64,000 nucleotides of DNA from Nitrosopumilus sp. (lineage in GTDB: Archaea > Thermoproteota > Nitrososphaeria > Nitrososphaerales > Nitrosopumilaceae). Made by a program: the position numbers and the translations under genes. Numbering within the stretch: the first letter of the stretch is position 1; the number at the start of each line of letters is the position of its first letter. A model generated the notes under the pieces. It made no database searches, was not told where the DNA came from, and saw only the letters and a program-made list of their open reading frames with translations. Positions 20,655 to 31,026 of the stretch are shown here, piece after piece. The DNA lies in contig OZ241857.1 in assembly GCA_965203315.1 (NCBI GenBank), positions 1,760,001 through 1,824,000 on the forward strand, written 5' to 3'.

Positions 20655-21896
20655 TTACGATTTTCTTTTAGATATACGTCGCTTTCGTATATGTTGGGTA
20701 ACCATTGGCAGAAATGCGCCCACATCTGATACTATTCCTAACGCCTGCCATGTGCCACGATCCATGAGCTTTGTAACTGTTGGTTGATTGATATCGACTA
20801 CGATCACTTTGACATCAGCTGGCAACATATTTCCTGTTGCGATGGAATGTAGCATTGTCGAGATCATTATCACCATCTCTGCATCGCGTAGAACTCGTTT
20901 GTATTCACGTTGAGCCTGGACAACATCTGTTATTACGTCAGGTAATGGACCATCATCTCGAATTGAGCCTGCAAGTACAAAAGGAACATTATTTTTAACA
21001 CACTCGTACATTATGCCTCTCGTAAGTTTTTTATCTCGAACCATATTTGGTATAGATCCTGACTTGAATACAGCATTTACGGCATCCATATGATTTCGGT
21101 GTCCGTGATTTGCAAGTGTAGCGTCATGAACGTTCATACCAAGTGATGTTCCAACTGTCGCATACTCAATATCGTGAACTGCTAGAGCGTTTCCTGCTAA
21201 AACTCCATCAATGTATCCAGTTCGTATCAACTCTGCCACAGAATCTGCCGCTCCAGTATGCACTATTGCTGGGCCTCCTACTATGATTATCTTTCCTCCA
21301 TGTTTTTTTGTCTTGTAAATGTCTTCGGCCACCTTTTTTGCGATATGCATTGTAGGTCGTTCACTAGAGCTCGAGCTTGCCATAAACTCAAATACGTTTG
21401 TCCCTTCTCGTGGTCGTTCTGGAGGTATTACTCGTACTCCTTGCTCACCAACTATTATCTGATCACCGCGCTTTACGTCCCTGATCGGAACGCATCTTGC
21501 TCTGTCTCCTTTTACTACAATGCATTTGTCCATCATGGTATTCTCGACTCTTACCCATTGATGTTTATAGAATATTTCAGTCTGGTTGTTAGTTGTGCTG
21601 TAAAAGTTGTCTGGCATCACCGAGTTTTTAGTTGCCTTTTTTAACATAATCTCTTTCTGAGTCTTTGCTGTAGCTCCTTCGCGATATATTATCTTTAGTA
21701 GATCATCTAGATGCTTTTGATTCTTGCCTATGATCAACATTAGTACATATGATGGATCTCGCTTTCGTTTCCCAACATCGATCTCTTTAATTTGAAACTC
21801 GCCGTCTAGATCTATTATCTTGTCAAAGATCTTTGGTAAGATCATAGAGTCGATCAAATGTCCGCGAACTTCAACCTCTTGTACAAATTTGTTCAT
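20655..21896 (-). CDS. TIGR00300 / LOR-SDH-domain protein (ornithine cyclodeaminase-like)
   Basis: GHLIDS, PDNFYSTTN, AGNALAVHDIE, LAGSIRDDGPLPDVI and TMLHSIATGN. Confidence 0.85.
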   Translation of the reverse strand: MNKFVQEVEVRGHLIDSMILPKIFDKIIDLDGEFQIKEIDVGKRKRDPSYVLMLIIGKNQKHLDDLLKIIYREGATAKTQKEIMLKKATKNSVMPDNFYSTTNNQTEIFYKHQWVRVENTMMDKCIVVKGDRARCVPIRDVKRGDQIIVGEQGVRVIPPERPREGTNVFEFMASSSSSERPTMHIAKKVAEDIYKTKKHGGKIIIVGGPAIVHTGAADSVAELIRTGYIDGVLAGNALAVHDIEYATVGTSLGMNVHDATLANHGHRNHMDAVNAVFKSGSIPNMVRDKKLTRGIMYECVKNNVPFVLAGSIRDDGPLPDVITDVVQAQREYKRVLRDAEMVIMISTMLHSIATGNMLPADVKVIVVDINQPTVTKLMDRGTWQALGIVSDVGAFLPMVTQHIRKRRISKRKS

Positions 21897-22103
21897 CGAT
21901 TAGTTTGATATCAGATGATAACTAAAAGGTTTTACTATGAATACTAGATTTGTGTCCAGTTGACGTCTTTGGCTGTTTTGGACTTGACGTAGGAATTCCT
22001 TTGCGAGCCTCTGAGATTTAGATGTATCGTGGTTGAGATTATAGGATCGGTTATTTACACTAGCTCACAATTTACGGTATTACATGCGTCACAAAAACTC
22101 TAG

Positions 22104-22460
22104 TTACACTGGTAGTATAACCTTGCCTGAAAATTTAGGAATATCTGCTGCATGAAACGCCGCCTCTAGAGATGTCTTTTGTTCCGGCGTAACTCCTTGA
22201 ACTATAGTCTTGGACGTTCCTGTTTCGTCAACTAGGGCAAGTATGTATCCGCTGGTATCTGTAAGTACAAATCCTGCTGACTCGTCTACAAATGCATATA
22301 GGTTTTCTTCTCCCACTGGTTCCCAAACACTCGATTGAGTATCCTTTAATGCAAGAGCAGGCATGGCTTTACCATCTGTAAGACTGTTTAGATACTCTCG
22401 TGCTTTGGCAACTCGTTTCTGTCCCATCTTTAGAGCTTGAAAATATTGCACAAATCTCAT
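22104..22460 (-). CDS. hypothetical protein
   Basis: 118-aa ORF with upstream TTTATATA box. Confidence 0.7.
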   Translation of the reverse strand: MRFVQYFQALKMGQKRVAKAREYLNSLTDGKAMPALALKDTQSSVWEPVGEENLYAFVDESAGFVLTDTSGYILALVDETGTSKTIVQGVTPEQKTSLEAAFHAADIPKFSGKVILPV

Positions 22461-22856
22461 ACTGTGTTGTTTATATAAAAATCATCAAAAATCTACATTT
22501 CAGACATGTAGCAAGTCGACTATAGAAAAAAAGTTTACCGGTGTTTGTTGTCTCTTGCTGTGTTGAATGGTCTTATCATTCCCCTTTGATATCCATTGTT
22601 CGCTGGTATTGATCGATAAATGCGAACATGGGCTCATTATCGTTTTCCTTCACTTGATAGTGTAAGAGAATAGTGTATGTGTGATTTGAGATTCTACAAA
22701 AACAAACTCGTGTATTGCAAACCAAATGATCTAGTAATTTACACGAGTACAAAATGAGATCAAATCTTGGTTTCAAAACGAGGAATCGACGGTGCGTTAT
22801 GACCAACTAGATTTCAAACATAAACGATGTCTCGTTTCTAGACTTGTCATCTATGT

Positions 22857-23078
22857 TTAGTCGTCTAACTGCGCTAAGAGTCTTGTAATTGTCTCTGCAT
22901 TATTCTCTCGCTCTTTTAATATCGAGTCGAGCTTACTCTTATCTTCTTGGTTTGTTATGATCTCAAAGTATTCCGAGTCAAGCTCGCTATTTGCTTGGAA
23001 CCTTTTGACTATCTCGAATAGTATTCCAATTACCTGTTTTTGTGCCTCAATCAGCTCATCTCTATCATCCATCGTCAT
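22857..23078 (-). CDS. hypothetical protein
   Basis: 73-aa helical ORF overlapping the HD-domain gene. Confidence 0.65.
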   Translation of the reverse strand: MTMDDRDELIEAQKQVIGILFEIVKRFQANSELDSEYFEIITNQEDKSKLDSILKERENNAETITRLLAQLDD

Positions 23079-23595
23079 ACTTGACGAATATCATTTCAAA
23101 TAACTCTTTTAATTTAGGATCTGTGATAGACTTTTGTGCTGAATCGATCAATACACTAACATCATATCCTGCTAATTGATACTGCCTTGCTTGTAGTGCC
23201 ATCTCCAATTTGTCAAGCTGATGTACAAGTCTAGCTTCTGGGGTTCTACAACTACAGTACTCGTCCCATAAACGCCGATAATCTTGTTCAATCTCAAAAG
23301 GTAGATCACTTGTTATATTATGAAATGCTTTATTCTCCAACTCTAGTTTCTCTTCTGGGGGGATCTGATCTGGAACTAGATCGCCTATCTCAGCTTCTGC
23401 CAAATCATGCAAGAGCGACATCTTGATCACTTTTGTCGTATCATATCCTTGTACATCTGCTAAAACCATTCCCATGACTGACATTACATATGTATGATCA
23501 GCTACTGATTCGGGATATCTGATAGATGATTTTTGAATCCATCCTTGTCTCATGATCTCTTTTAATTTAACTGCAGACTTGAAGAACTCTAGCAT
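23065..23595 (-). CDS. HD-domain phosphohydrolase (YfbR/HDDC2-like)
   Basis: RQGW...ESVADH, LLHDLAEA.IGD, QLDKLEMALQA. Confidence 0.9.
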   Translation of the reverse strand: MLEFFKSAVKLKEIMRQGWIQKSSIRYPESVADHTYVMSVMGMVLADVQGYDTTKVIKMSLLHDLAEAEIGDLVPDQIPPEEKLELENKAFHNITSDLPFEIEQDYRRLWDEYCSCRTPEARLVHQLDKLEMALQARQYQLAGYDVSVLIDSAQKSITDPKLKELFEMIFVKYDDG

Positions 23596-23741
23596 TGTAA
23601 TGATGTTTGATTACTATCAGATAAAGGGTTGTAACTAGTAACTAATGCCGTACCCTCGTTGCATATACTCGTGCATATCAGATCGTATGAATGATAGATT
23701 GTTTCGAACAACATAATAGTAATTCCTACCTGTGATAATAG

Positions 23742-24278
23742 TTGAAAATATACACAAAGACTGGTGACACTGGTGACACTGATATTCAAGGCAAGTTGAG
23801 GATAGCAAAATCGCATCCAAGGATAATGGCATATGGAGCAGTAGATGAGATCAGTTCCGCGTTAGGTATAGTTATCGCGACCCTTAATGATCAACAAATA
23901 TCCAAAATTTTGAGTCAAATTCAACATGATCTATTCATAGTTGGCGCCGATCTATCGAATCCAAATCTCAACGATACCAAAAATCGTACCTCAATCGAGA
24001 TGACAAATCAGCTTGAGCAATGGATCGACACATTTGATATCGAACTTGATCCTCTTACTAACTTTATATTTCCTGGCGGTGTCTTGTCAGCAGCTCAACT
24101 CCACCACGCAAGAACAATAACCCGTAGGGCCGAGACACTTGTTGTTGCATTAACCGAGCGAGATGAGATTAATGCAAGATGTATTGTATATCTTAACAGA
24201 CTCTCTGATCTCTTGTTCGTTCTGAGTAGACTACTCAACAAGAGATCAAAGCGAGAAGATATTGTCTGGAAGGTCTGA
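23742..24278 (+). CDS. pduO: cob(I)alamin adenosyltransferase, PduO type
   Basis: KIYTKTGDTG, AYGAVDE, FIFPGG, ARTITRRAE, YLNRLSDLLF. Confidence 0.93.
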   Translation: MKIYTKTGDTGDTDIQGKLRIAKSHPRIMAYGAVDEISSALGIVIATLNDQQISKILSQIQHDLFIVGADLSNPNLNDTKNRTSIEMTNQLEQWIDTFDIELDPLTNFIFPGGVLSAAQLHHARTITRRAETLVVALTERDEINARCIVYLNRLSDLLFVLSRLLNKRSKREDIVWKV

Positions 24279-24346
24279 AACTACTGCCTAGTCGTGCATA
24301 CAAAAGACAAACTTTAATTCCTTTATAGGATTTTTCTCTTCTAAGT

Positions 24347-24420
24347 GCCGTGGTAGCTCAGCCCGGGAGAGCACTCGGCTGAAGACCGAGCCGTCGCGCG
24401 TTCAAATCCCGCCCGCGGCA
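24347..24420 (+). tRNA. tRNA-Phe (GAA)
   Basis: Cloverleaf with acceptor GCCGTGG/CCGCGGC, anticodon arm CTCGG-CTGAAGA-CCGAG and TTCAAAT T-loop; upstream TTTATA. Confidence 0.95.
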
Positions 24421-24571
24421 CTCTTTTTGTTATTATGCGATCAGATTAACCGATGTGGTCATTCATTGAGCCTCAAAAGGAGACAATCTCGTGTATTTGA
24501 TGTGGAATTCGCATCATGGCTACCAATACAAAATATTTAAAAACAAGGTGATCTCTCTACTTTCAATATTC

Positions 24572-25415
24572 ATGGCTGAAAAAAAGAAGGATATGAAATC
24601 CAAATTGGCAAAGAAACCCAAAGAGACTAAATCTACTGCAAAACCAACAAAGAAAGAGACCAAACCAAAGACCACAAAGAAACCCAAAGAGACTAAATCT
24701 ACTGCAAAACCAACAAAGAAAGAGACCAAACCAAAGACCACAAAGAAACCCAAAGAGACTAAATCTACTGCAAAACCAACAAAGAAAGAGACCAAACCAA
24801 AGACCACAAAGAAACCCAAAGAGACTAAATCTGCTGCAAAACCAACAAAGAAAGAGACCAAACCAAAGACCACAAAGAAACCCAAAGAGACTAAATCTAC
24901 TGCAAAACCAACAAAGAAAGAGACCAAACCAAAGACCACAAAGAAACCCAAAGAGACTAAATCTACTGCAAAACCAACAAAGAAAGAGACCAAACCAAAG
25001 ACCACAAAGAAACCCAAAGAGACTAAATCTGCTGCAAAACCAACAAAGAAAGAGACCAAACCAAAGACCACAAAGAAACCCAAAGAGACTAAATCTACTG
25101 CAAAACCAACAAAGAAAGAGACCAAACCAAAGACCACAAAGAAACCCAAAGAGACTAAATCTAGCAAAACCAACAAAGAAAGAGACCAAACCAAAGACCA
25201 CAAAGAAACCCAAAGAGACTAAATCTACTGCAAAACCAACAAAGAAAGAGACCAAACCAAAAAAGTCAAAATCAACCAAAAGATCACATGACGCACCTGC
25301 AGACGATATAGGATTGATAATAGTGGAAGACGATCTCGAGATAGATCAAGACAAGATCAATGAAGAGAGACGCGCATATCTTGAGGAAGCACGTTCCCAA
25401 GAAGCGTCAGACTAA
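24572..25415 (+). CDS. Lys/Thr/Pro-rich repeat protein with acidic C-terminus; apparent 2-bp frameshift at ~25163
   Basis: MAEKKKDMKSK plus 22-aa repeats; restoring the missing CT in repeat 9 reads through to ...EERRAYLEEARSQEASD* (281 aa). Confidence 0.75.
24611..25259 (+). repeat. 66-bp coding tandem repeat, ~10 copies (KKPKETKS[T/A]AKPTKKETKPKTT)
   Basis: Units at 24611+66n; copies 4 and 7 carry the GCT variant; copy 9 lacks 2 nt. Confidence 0.95.
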
Positions 25416-25447
25416 ATCTTTATCAATTTGTATGATGTAGGATATAC

Positions 25448-25687
25448 ATGCGTGCTTTGTGCCTAATTGCCGTCAAGTCCGGCAAGGTCGATGTGGTAGT
25501 TCAAATTCTACGAAAGAAACGCAAAATAGTCAAACAGATAATGATGGTCACTGGCAGAGCTGACATTTGTGTATTGTTGCAAGGCAATATCAATGAGATA
25601 AACAACATGGTCATAGATTTTAAGAGGATCAAGGAGATTGTGACAACTGAAACGCTTATTGAGGTGGAGGTAAATCTGGGATGGTGA
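25448..25687 (+). CDS. Lrp/AsnC ligand-binding domain protein
   Basis: ALCLIAVKSG...MVTGRADI...IVTTETLI. Confidence 0.8.
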   Translation: MRALCLIAVKSGKVDVVVQILRKKRKIVKQIMMVTGRADICVLLQGNINEINNMVIDFKRIKEIVTTETLIEVEVNLGW

Positions 25688-25899
25688 GAGCAATAGTTTT
25701 AGTAAAATCACCAAAGAAACTGATCGCAGCCAAACTCCGCAAGATCAAATTAGTGTCTGACTCGTTTCCAACTAGTGGACAGTTTGACGCAGTTGCAATA
25801 ATTGATGTCGGAGATCTAGTTGAGATAAAGACTGTAGTAGATCAGATCCAAAAGATCAACGGTGTAGAACGAACTGAGACCATGGTCGAAGTAGTCTGA
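25681..25899 (+). CDS. Lrp/AsnC ligand-binding domain protein
   Basis: TSGQFDAVAII...IQKINGVERTETMV. Confidence 0.8.
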   Translation: MVRAIVLVKSPKKLIAAKLRKIKLVSDSFPTSGQFDAVAIIDVGDLVEIKTVVDQIQKINGVERTETMVEVV

Positions 25900-26130
25900 G
25901 GTTTGAAACCTTGACAACCTTTGTTCATCTTGTAACTATACTTCGACTAGCGACATATCCCAAGATATCAAATAATCCATGTTGATGCTAATTTGCAATC
26001 TTTCGCATTGTTGAGACTGGTATGGCATTGGAATTAGATCAGATTATTATCTTAATTCCACCTGAACGTCTAATCGATCTTTACACTGATCCGTTCAAGA
26101 CTTTATTAAATAGTGAATCCATATATCAAC

Positions 26131-26283
26131 GTGGTGAAGATGAACAAGTTTTATTGTACTCGATGTGATCGAATCTTCTCTAAACGTGAATTTGAGCGCC
26201 ACACATGTGGAGCAAACTGTGACACCTGTCCAATTGACTATCTAACATCTAAAATTGTTGGGGTGTTTAAGCACAACCGATGA
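26131..26283 (+). CDS. putative small zinc-finger protein
   Basis: (MVK)MNKFYCTRCDRIFSKREFERHTCGANCDTCPIDYL...; TTTATTAAATA box upstream; not in the ORF track. Confidence 0.6.
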   Translation: MVKMNKFYCTRCDRIFSKREFERHTCGANCDTCPIDYLTSKIVGVFKHNR

Positions 26284-26360
26284 CTAGTGATCGATCTTGT
26301 ATTTCTTTGGATGATGGCACTATTGTAAACTGATTTAAAGAACCGTACAGTAGAGTATCT

Positions 26361-26774
26361 ATGAACATTAAGAAAGTTGGGAATGTGATCTTGGCAGTAA
26401 AAGATCTAGAAAAGTCTATTGACTTTTATCAAAATATTATAGGTCTGCCAATCAAACACCAACGCCGATCGTGGGTAGACCTAGGTACATCAGGTGCACT
26501 ACTTAGTCTCCATCCAGCATCACTAACTGCTAAACATATCGGTAGTTCTATAGAGAATGGAATAACTATTGGGTTTATCGTCGGTGATGTAAAATCAGCT
26601 GTTGAAGAATTGCGCTCCAAGGGCGTCACGATCTATCGTGATATCATCGAAAAAGATGCTGGCAAGAACGCGGTGATTCAAGATCCAGACGAATATCTGA
26701 TCTCACTGTTTGAACCAAACTTTAATGACAAAGTAGAACAGACTAGTGGCTATCACGGATTTACTCCAGTTTAA
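26361..26774 (+). CDS. VOC/glyoxalase family protein
   Basis: VILAVKDLEKSIDFY...IGFIVGDV..AVEELRSKGV...QDPDE. Confidence 0.9.
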   Translation: MNIKKVGNVILAVKDLEKSIDFYQNIIGLPIKHQRRSWVDLGTSGALLSLHPASLTAKHIGSSIENGITIGFIVGDVKSAVEELRSKGVTIYRDIIEKDAGKNAVIQDPDEYLISLFEPNFNDKVEQTSGYHGFTPV

Positions 26775-26943
26775 TGCGTTAATTGATCACACATTGGACA
26801 CAAAGGCTAGGCTGTTCCAAAATTATACTATATGCATAATTACGAGTTTGTCTGTCTAGATGCCCTCGATATCTTTACCGCTCAACTGTAATACACTCAA
26901 CTGTATGGCATTTTTATGAGTACGTTGACAAGTACATGATATC

Positions 26944-27327
26944 TTAGATGATCTTTTTTATAGAGTCGATAATTTTTGAAACGTCGCTCTCTTTTTTATC
27001 GATCGAGATCCAAAATGTGATGCCACCTTTATGCAAGATCAAGATGGTAATCTTTTGATGCTCTAGTATGACGTGTTCTAGTTTACCAATCTCCTTCATA
27101 GTATTGGTGCGCATAGATATTAGTACAGATGTGATAAAGAACTCATTCTTGAGAGCATCTGGTTTTAGCAAAGGTTTCATTCCTGGACTAAATAGACCTG
27201 TCAATGTTCTACCGTACTCGTTGACCACACCAACGTATCGAATATTATCAGACACATCTAGTATCTTCTGACACTGTTTTCTGTATTGGACAATAACCTT
27301 CTTCCATTTGTCTGCTGGAGTTACCAC
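26944..27327 (-). CDS. Roadblock/LC7-like hypothetical protein
   Basis: CQKILD..DNIRYVGVVNEYGR pattern typical of thaumarchaeal roadblock-like proteins. Confidence 0.6.
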   Translation of the reverse strand: MVTPADKWKKVIVQYRKQCQKILDVSDNIRYVGVVNEYGRTLTGLFSPGMKPLLKPDALKNEFFITSVLISMRTNTMKEIGKLEHVILEHQKITILILHKGGITFWISIDKKESDVSKIIDSIKKII

Positions 27328-27358
27328 AAGTAGCCTAAATGTGACTAGGTAATTAATG

Positions 27359-27715
27359 TTAGTGGTTTGAACTGATCTCGTCTATCTTCTTCCTTAACTC
27401 TGTGTTCTCTTTGGCGAGCTTGTCGTTCTTTGCACGCAGAGTTCGAATCGAGTCTTGTTCTGTGTATAATGGATGATTGGGATGATTTGTATTGGTTCCT
27501 GACAAGAGATCTTCTGATTGCTGCTTGGAAGCATACGTAAATCTGTCCAGTCCTCCGATGGTATCTAGTTGCTTTAGAAACTGTTCACGTATATGATCAA
27601 ATGTCATTGGTCGTGACTGGCTAGGAGGTAGTCTCGGAAACTGAAATGCCATATGTGGTATAAAAGGATCTAGTCCATAGAGCCGTTGCAAGTGCTGCAT
27701 CAATATCGAATCCAT
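27359..27715 (-). CDS. hypothetical protein with C-terminal coiled coil
   Basis: 118-aa ORF. Confidence 0.5.
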   Translation of the reverse strand: MDSILMQHLQRLYGLDPFIPHMAFQFPRLPPSQSRPMTFDHIREQFLKQLDTIGGLDRFTYASKQQSEDLLSGTNTNHPNHPLYTEQDSIRTLRAKNDKLAKENTELRKKIDEISSNH

Positions 27716-27914
27716 TCACTATGCCTAGAATAGATGGTATATTTCTGCTTTTCTTGTATGTTGTTGGATTGATATTAGACATAGTGCTCAGGCACAATCG
27801 AGGTCACGTACTGGGCGTAATCGATTGATACAACTTGGTAAAAAGTTGAACGTCTTTACTCAAATCAAATTGATCGACGATCTTTATAGAATACTGCTTG
27901 ATATTATTAGTATA

Positions 27915-28055
27915 ATGACCGAAAAGAGATGTATGAAATGCAATCAAGAGATAAGATCCAAAGATCTACACAAGATAGTAATGTATGTGATTCGAGAAAA
28001 GTTTACCGAGCACCACTACGAGCATGTTGAGTGTCCAGATCGATTCACTGTATAG
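27915..28055 (+). CDS. putative small zinc-binding protein
   Basis: MTEKRCMKCNQEI...HYEHVECP (CxxC...HxxC); TTTATA upstream. Confidence 0.6.
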   Translation: MTEKRCMKCNQEIRSKDLHKIVMYVIREKFTEHHYEHVECPDRFTV

Positions 28056-28056
28056 T

Positions 28057-28836
28057 TTAATCCACGCATTCGTAAACTCTGTATGTCTCGCCGGTTCGTC
28101 TAGATCTGTACTTCCATTCATTATTCTTCCATATTATTTCTGAAAAGTTTCTTTGAGAGTTGGGATGTAGTCGTTTAAAGACATCTCCTCCAATCAATAT
28201 CTGATTAGGTTTTGCCATCGATTGGATCTTTGCTGCAATATTCATTACTGGTCCAATCAGATCGACTTGAGAGTATTGTACATCTGCGCCATATCTTACA
28301 ACCATGTTCTCACCATAATCTATACCGATCTTTATCCTGAGATCTGGATAGTCGTACTGGTTTAGGATCGGATTGATTCCCTTCTTTATTATGGTGATCA
28401 TTGACTTTGCACAGTTTATTGCATTCTCTACTGCAAGTAGACCGTTATATTCTCCCACAAAGTAACCGATCACAGCATCGCCGACAAACTTTAAGACATA
28501 TCCATGATGCTGTTGTATCACGGATGCCATCTCTTGTGTAAAAGAACTGATGATTATTGCAATTTTTTCTCCTGGCATCTCTAGGGTCATTGTAGTTGAT
28601 CCTACTAGATCGACATAGAGGACAACCATGTCCATCTTTGTAAAGACATTCTTGCGTAGAAATCTGTCGGACTCGTTGGTTACGCCAGAATATTCATATC
28701 CTCGTTTCAATGCAGCCCAGACTCGCTTTTGAGTCTCTAGAATCATGGTCTCAGTGTCTAGTGTCTTTTCCGTACTTGTACCTAACAACATGTCTATTGT
28801 ATTGTTATCTGTATTTTTTGATTGATCTTGATCCAT
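28057..28836 (-). CDS. class III adenylate/guanylate cyclase domain protein
   Basis: VLYVDLVGST, VLKFVGDAVIGYF, IKIGIDYG, DLIGPVMNIAAKIQS. Confidence 0.92.
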   Translation of the reverse strand: MDQDQSKNTDNNTIDMLLGTSTEKTLDTETMILETQKRVWAALKRGYEYSGVTNESDRFLRKNVFTKMDMVVLYVDLVGSTTMTLEMPGEKIAIIISSFTQEMASVIQQHHGYVLKFVGDAVIGYFVGEYNGLLAVENAINCAKSMITIIKKGINPILNQYDYPDLRIKIGIDYGENMVVRYGADVQYSQVDLIGPVMNIAAKIQSMAKPNQILIGGDVFKRLHPNSQRNFSEIIWKNNEWKYRSRRTGETYRVYECVD

Positions 28837-29036
28837 GTATATCTCCTACTCTAATGGAAAATCTATTCCACATCGCTCACATTTACCTCTATCTCCTCGA
28901 TACGTTCTATGATAGTATATGACTATCTTTGTTTTACATAGTTCACAGACAAATGTTCTACCCACACATAGTTTTAGAATACAAACTATTTAGATATTGA
29001 TGAAGATTTAAGGAGGGACTAGACATACTATGTTTT

Positions 29037-29894
29037 ATGAGACTAGGAATTCAAACCCAAGATGAGTTTATCGAACTGTTGAACCGACGTTATCTAGAGA
29101 TCCAAAACGAGTTTCTAGTAAAGGTACAGCATCTGTCTAGTACAGTAACGATCAAGGCTATGATGGGCGACTCGACCGTAACAGAACCCCTTACTTTTGA
29201 TCCCAAAAGAATTGCCGACTTTATTCAACATGTAATCAGGAGCCTAGGTGACTGGTCTGTGCAAGGCGTGACGACATCTAGCGTCGGTGATATTAGACGA
29301 ATATTTGCAAAGTTTGAGATCACGCACGACAACTATATGATATCAGGTCATATGTCTATACAATTTCATGTATTGTTGTACTATAAACCAACTCAACGTG
29401 TACTCGATTGCCAAAAAGAGATTGCAGAGATCATCGATCAAACAAAGGGTAAGGAAGAACGGTTAGCTGATGACAGTGACGATCTTGTTCTAGACAGACT
29501 AAAGGCGCGAGGATACAAAAACCTTGATCACCAAAATCTCTTTGAGATATTATACAAAGATGATAAACTATGTTCATCTATATATGCAGAGATCGAAGAG
29601 TCTCAAGACGTTGACTTTAAACAGCTAGAAGAAAAGAAATCCAAACTCTTTGCAGAATTAGATTCATTATTGATCGAAGCATATCAGATGGAACCTGTTC
29701 TTATAGATGATAATAGATTGATCACTGGCGAAGAGGGATGTCTATGTACAGTCGATCTAGAGTTTGTAAAAGACAACACAAGAGAGGGGCTGTTTGATAC
29801 TGTGTCTATCCCTGCAACCACAAAGGACGCTATTCTCAAGCGTTTGGAAGAGCTGTACAATACTGTAAAATCTTACAACCTACAACATGGTTAA
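29037..29894 (+). CDS. hypothetical protein
   Basis: 285-aa ORF upstream of sucCD. Confidence 0.7.
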   Translation: MRLGIQTQDEFIELLNRRYLEIQNEFLVKVQHLSSTVTIKAMMGDSTVTEPLTFDPKRIADFIQHVIRSLGDWSVQGVTTSSVGDIRRIFAKFEITHDNYMISGHMSIQFHVLLYYKPTQRVLDCQKEIAEIIDQTKGKEERLADDSDDLVLDRLKARGYKNLDHQNLFEILYKDDKLCSSIYAEIEESQDVDFKQLEEKKSKLFAELDSLLIEAYQMEPVLIDDNRLITGEEGCLCTVDLEFVKDNTREGLFDTVSIPATTKDAILKRLEELYNTVKSYNLQHG

Positions 29895-29922
29895 TAAATA
29901 CCGTAGAATGCATACAACTAGA

Positions 29923-31026
29923 TTGCGTTTATTAGAGTTTCAAGCTAAAGAATTGTTTCGAGAGTATGGCATAAATCTTCTTGACGGCAGATCATCTACT
30001 AGTATAGAAACAGCAAGGATGCATGCCAAAGAACTCGGCTATCCCTTTGTCATCAAGATTCAAGTTCCAGTTGGTGGACGTGGTAAGGCTGGCGGGATCA
30101 AGATATGTCACAACGAAGACGAATTTGAACTATGGTACCCTCAAGTGATGGATCTTGTCATAAAGGGAGAACGAGCAAGAGCAATCTTGCTAGAAAAGAT
30201 GGCAGATATCAAAAAAGAACTTTATGTATCTCTGTTCTTGAATCGCTCCAAACGTTGCTATACAGTGATCGCTTCATCCGAAGGTGGTGTTGAGATCGAG
30301 TCGGTTAAAGATCAGATAATAGTTGAAGTTGGCTTGGGCGATGTACCGATCGAGACTGCTTGTGAGATTGCAACCAAGATGGGTCTAGAGGGCAAGATAG
30401 CTGATGGTTTTGTGGATACATTGTCGAAACTATCTAAACTTACAGTAGAACGAGAGGCAGAACTTGCTGAGATAAACCCACTTGCAATAACTACACATGA
30501 TGAGATAATAGCACTAGATGGCAAGTTTGTAACTGATGACAACAGTAACTTTCGACATGCCGAACTACAAAAGTATCAAGAAAAGTCGGCTATTGAAGAA
30601 CGTGCAGAGAAGAGTGGGTTTTCATTGGTTGAGCTAGATGGAGATATTGCTGTAGTGGGAAACGGCGCTGGTCTAGTAATGTCTACCCTAGACATGTTGT
30701 CTGATAATGGTGGCAAACCTGCATGTTTTCTAGATGTTGGCGGTGGCGCAACTATCGAGTCTGTATATGAAGCTCTAGATCTATTGAGCAAGATAGATGG
30801 TGTAAGGGGAATCTTGGTAAACCTCTACGGCGGAATAGTAAAGACAACTGTGGTTGCGCAAGCGTTTCTAAAGGCATATGAGGATAATCTGATAGACCTG
30901 CCAGTCTTTGCACGACTCAAGGGTACCGAGTCTGAGAAGGCACGAGATATGTTACAAGACTCTAGAACAAAGATATTTGGAACTGTTGAAGATGCGATAA
31001 ACGCAGCTGTAATGGAGACGAAATGA
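29923..31026 (+). CDS. sucC: succinyl-CoA synthetase beta subunit
   Basis: RLLEFQAKELF, GGRGKAGG, EINPL, GNGAGL, FLDVGGG; start taken as TTG 29923. Confidence 0.95.
   Translation: MRLLEFQAKELFREYGINLLDGRSSTSIETARMHAKELGYPFVIKIQVPVGGRGKAGGIKICHNEDEFELWYPQVMDLVIKGERARAILLEKMADIKKELYVSLFLNRSKRCYTVIASSEGGVEIESVKDQIIVEVGLGDVPIETACEIATKMGLEGKIADGFVDTLSKLSKLTVEREAELAEINPLAITTHDEIIALDGKFVTDDNSNFRHAELQKYQEKSAIEERAEKSGFSLVELDGDIAVVGNGAGLVMSTLDMLSDNGGKPACFLDVGGGATIESVYEALDLLSKIDGVRGILVNLYGGIVKTTVVAQAFLKAYEDNLIDLPVFARLKGTESEKARDMLQDSRTKIFGTVEDAINAAVMETK

Noticed and set aside
24611-25259. Possible CRISPR array
   Set aside because: The units are contiguous with no unique spacers, have lengths divisible by 3 and are coding; no cas genes are in the window
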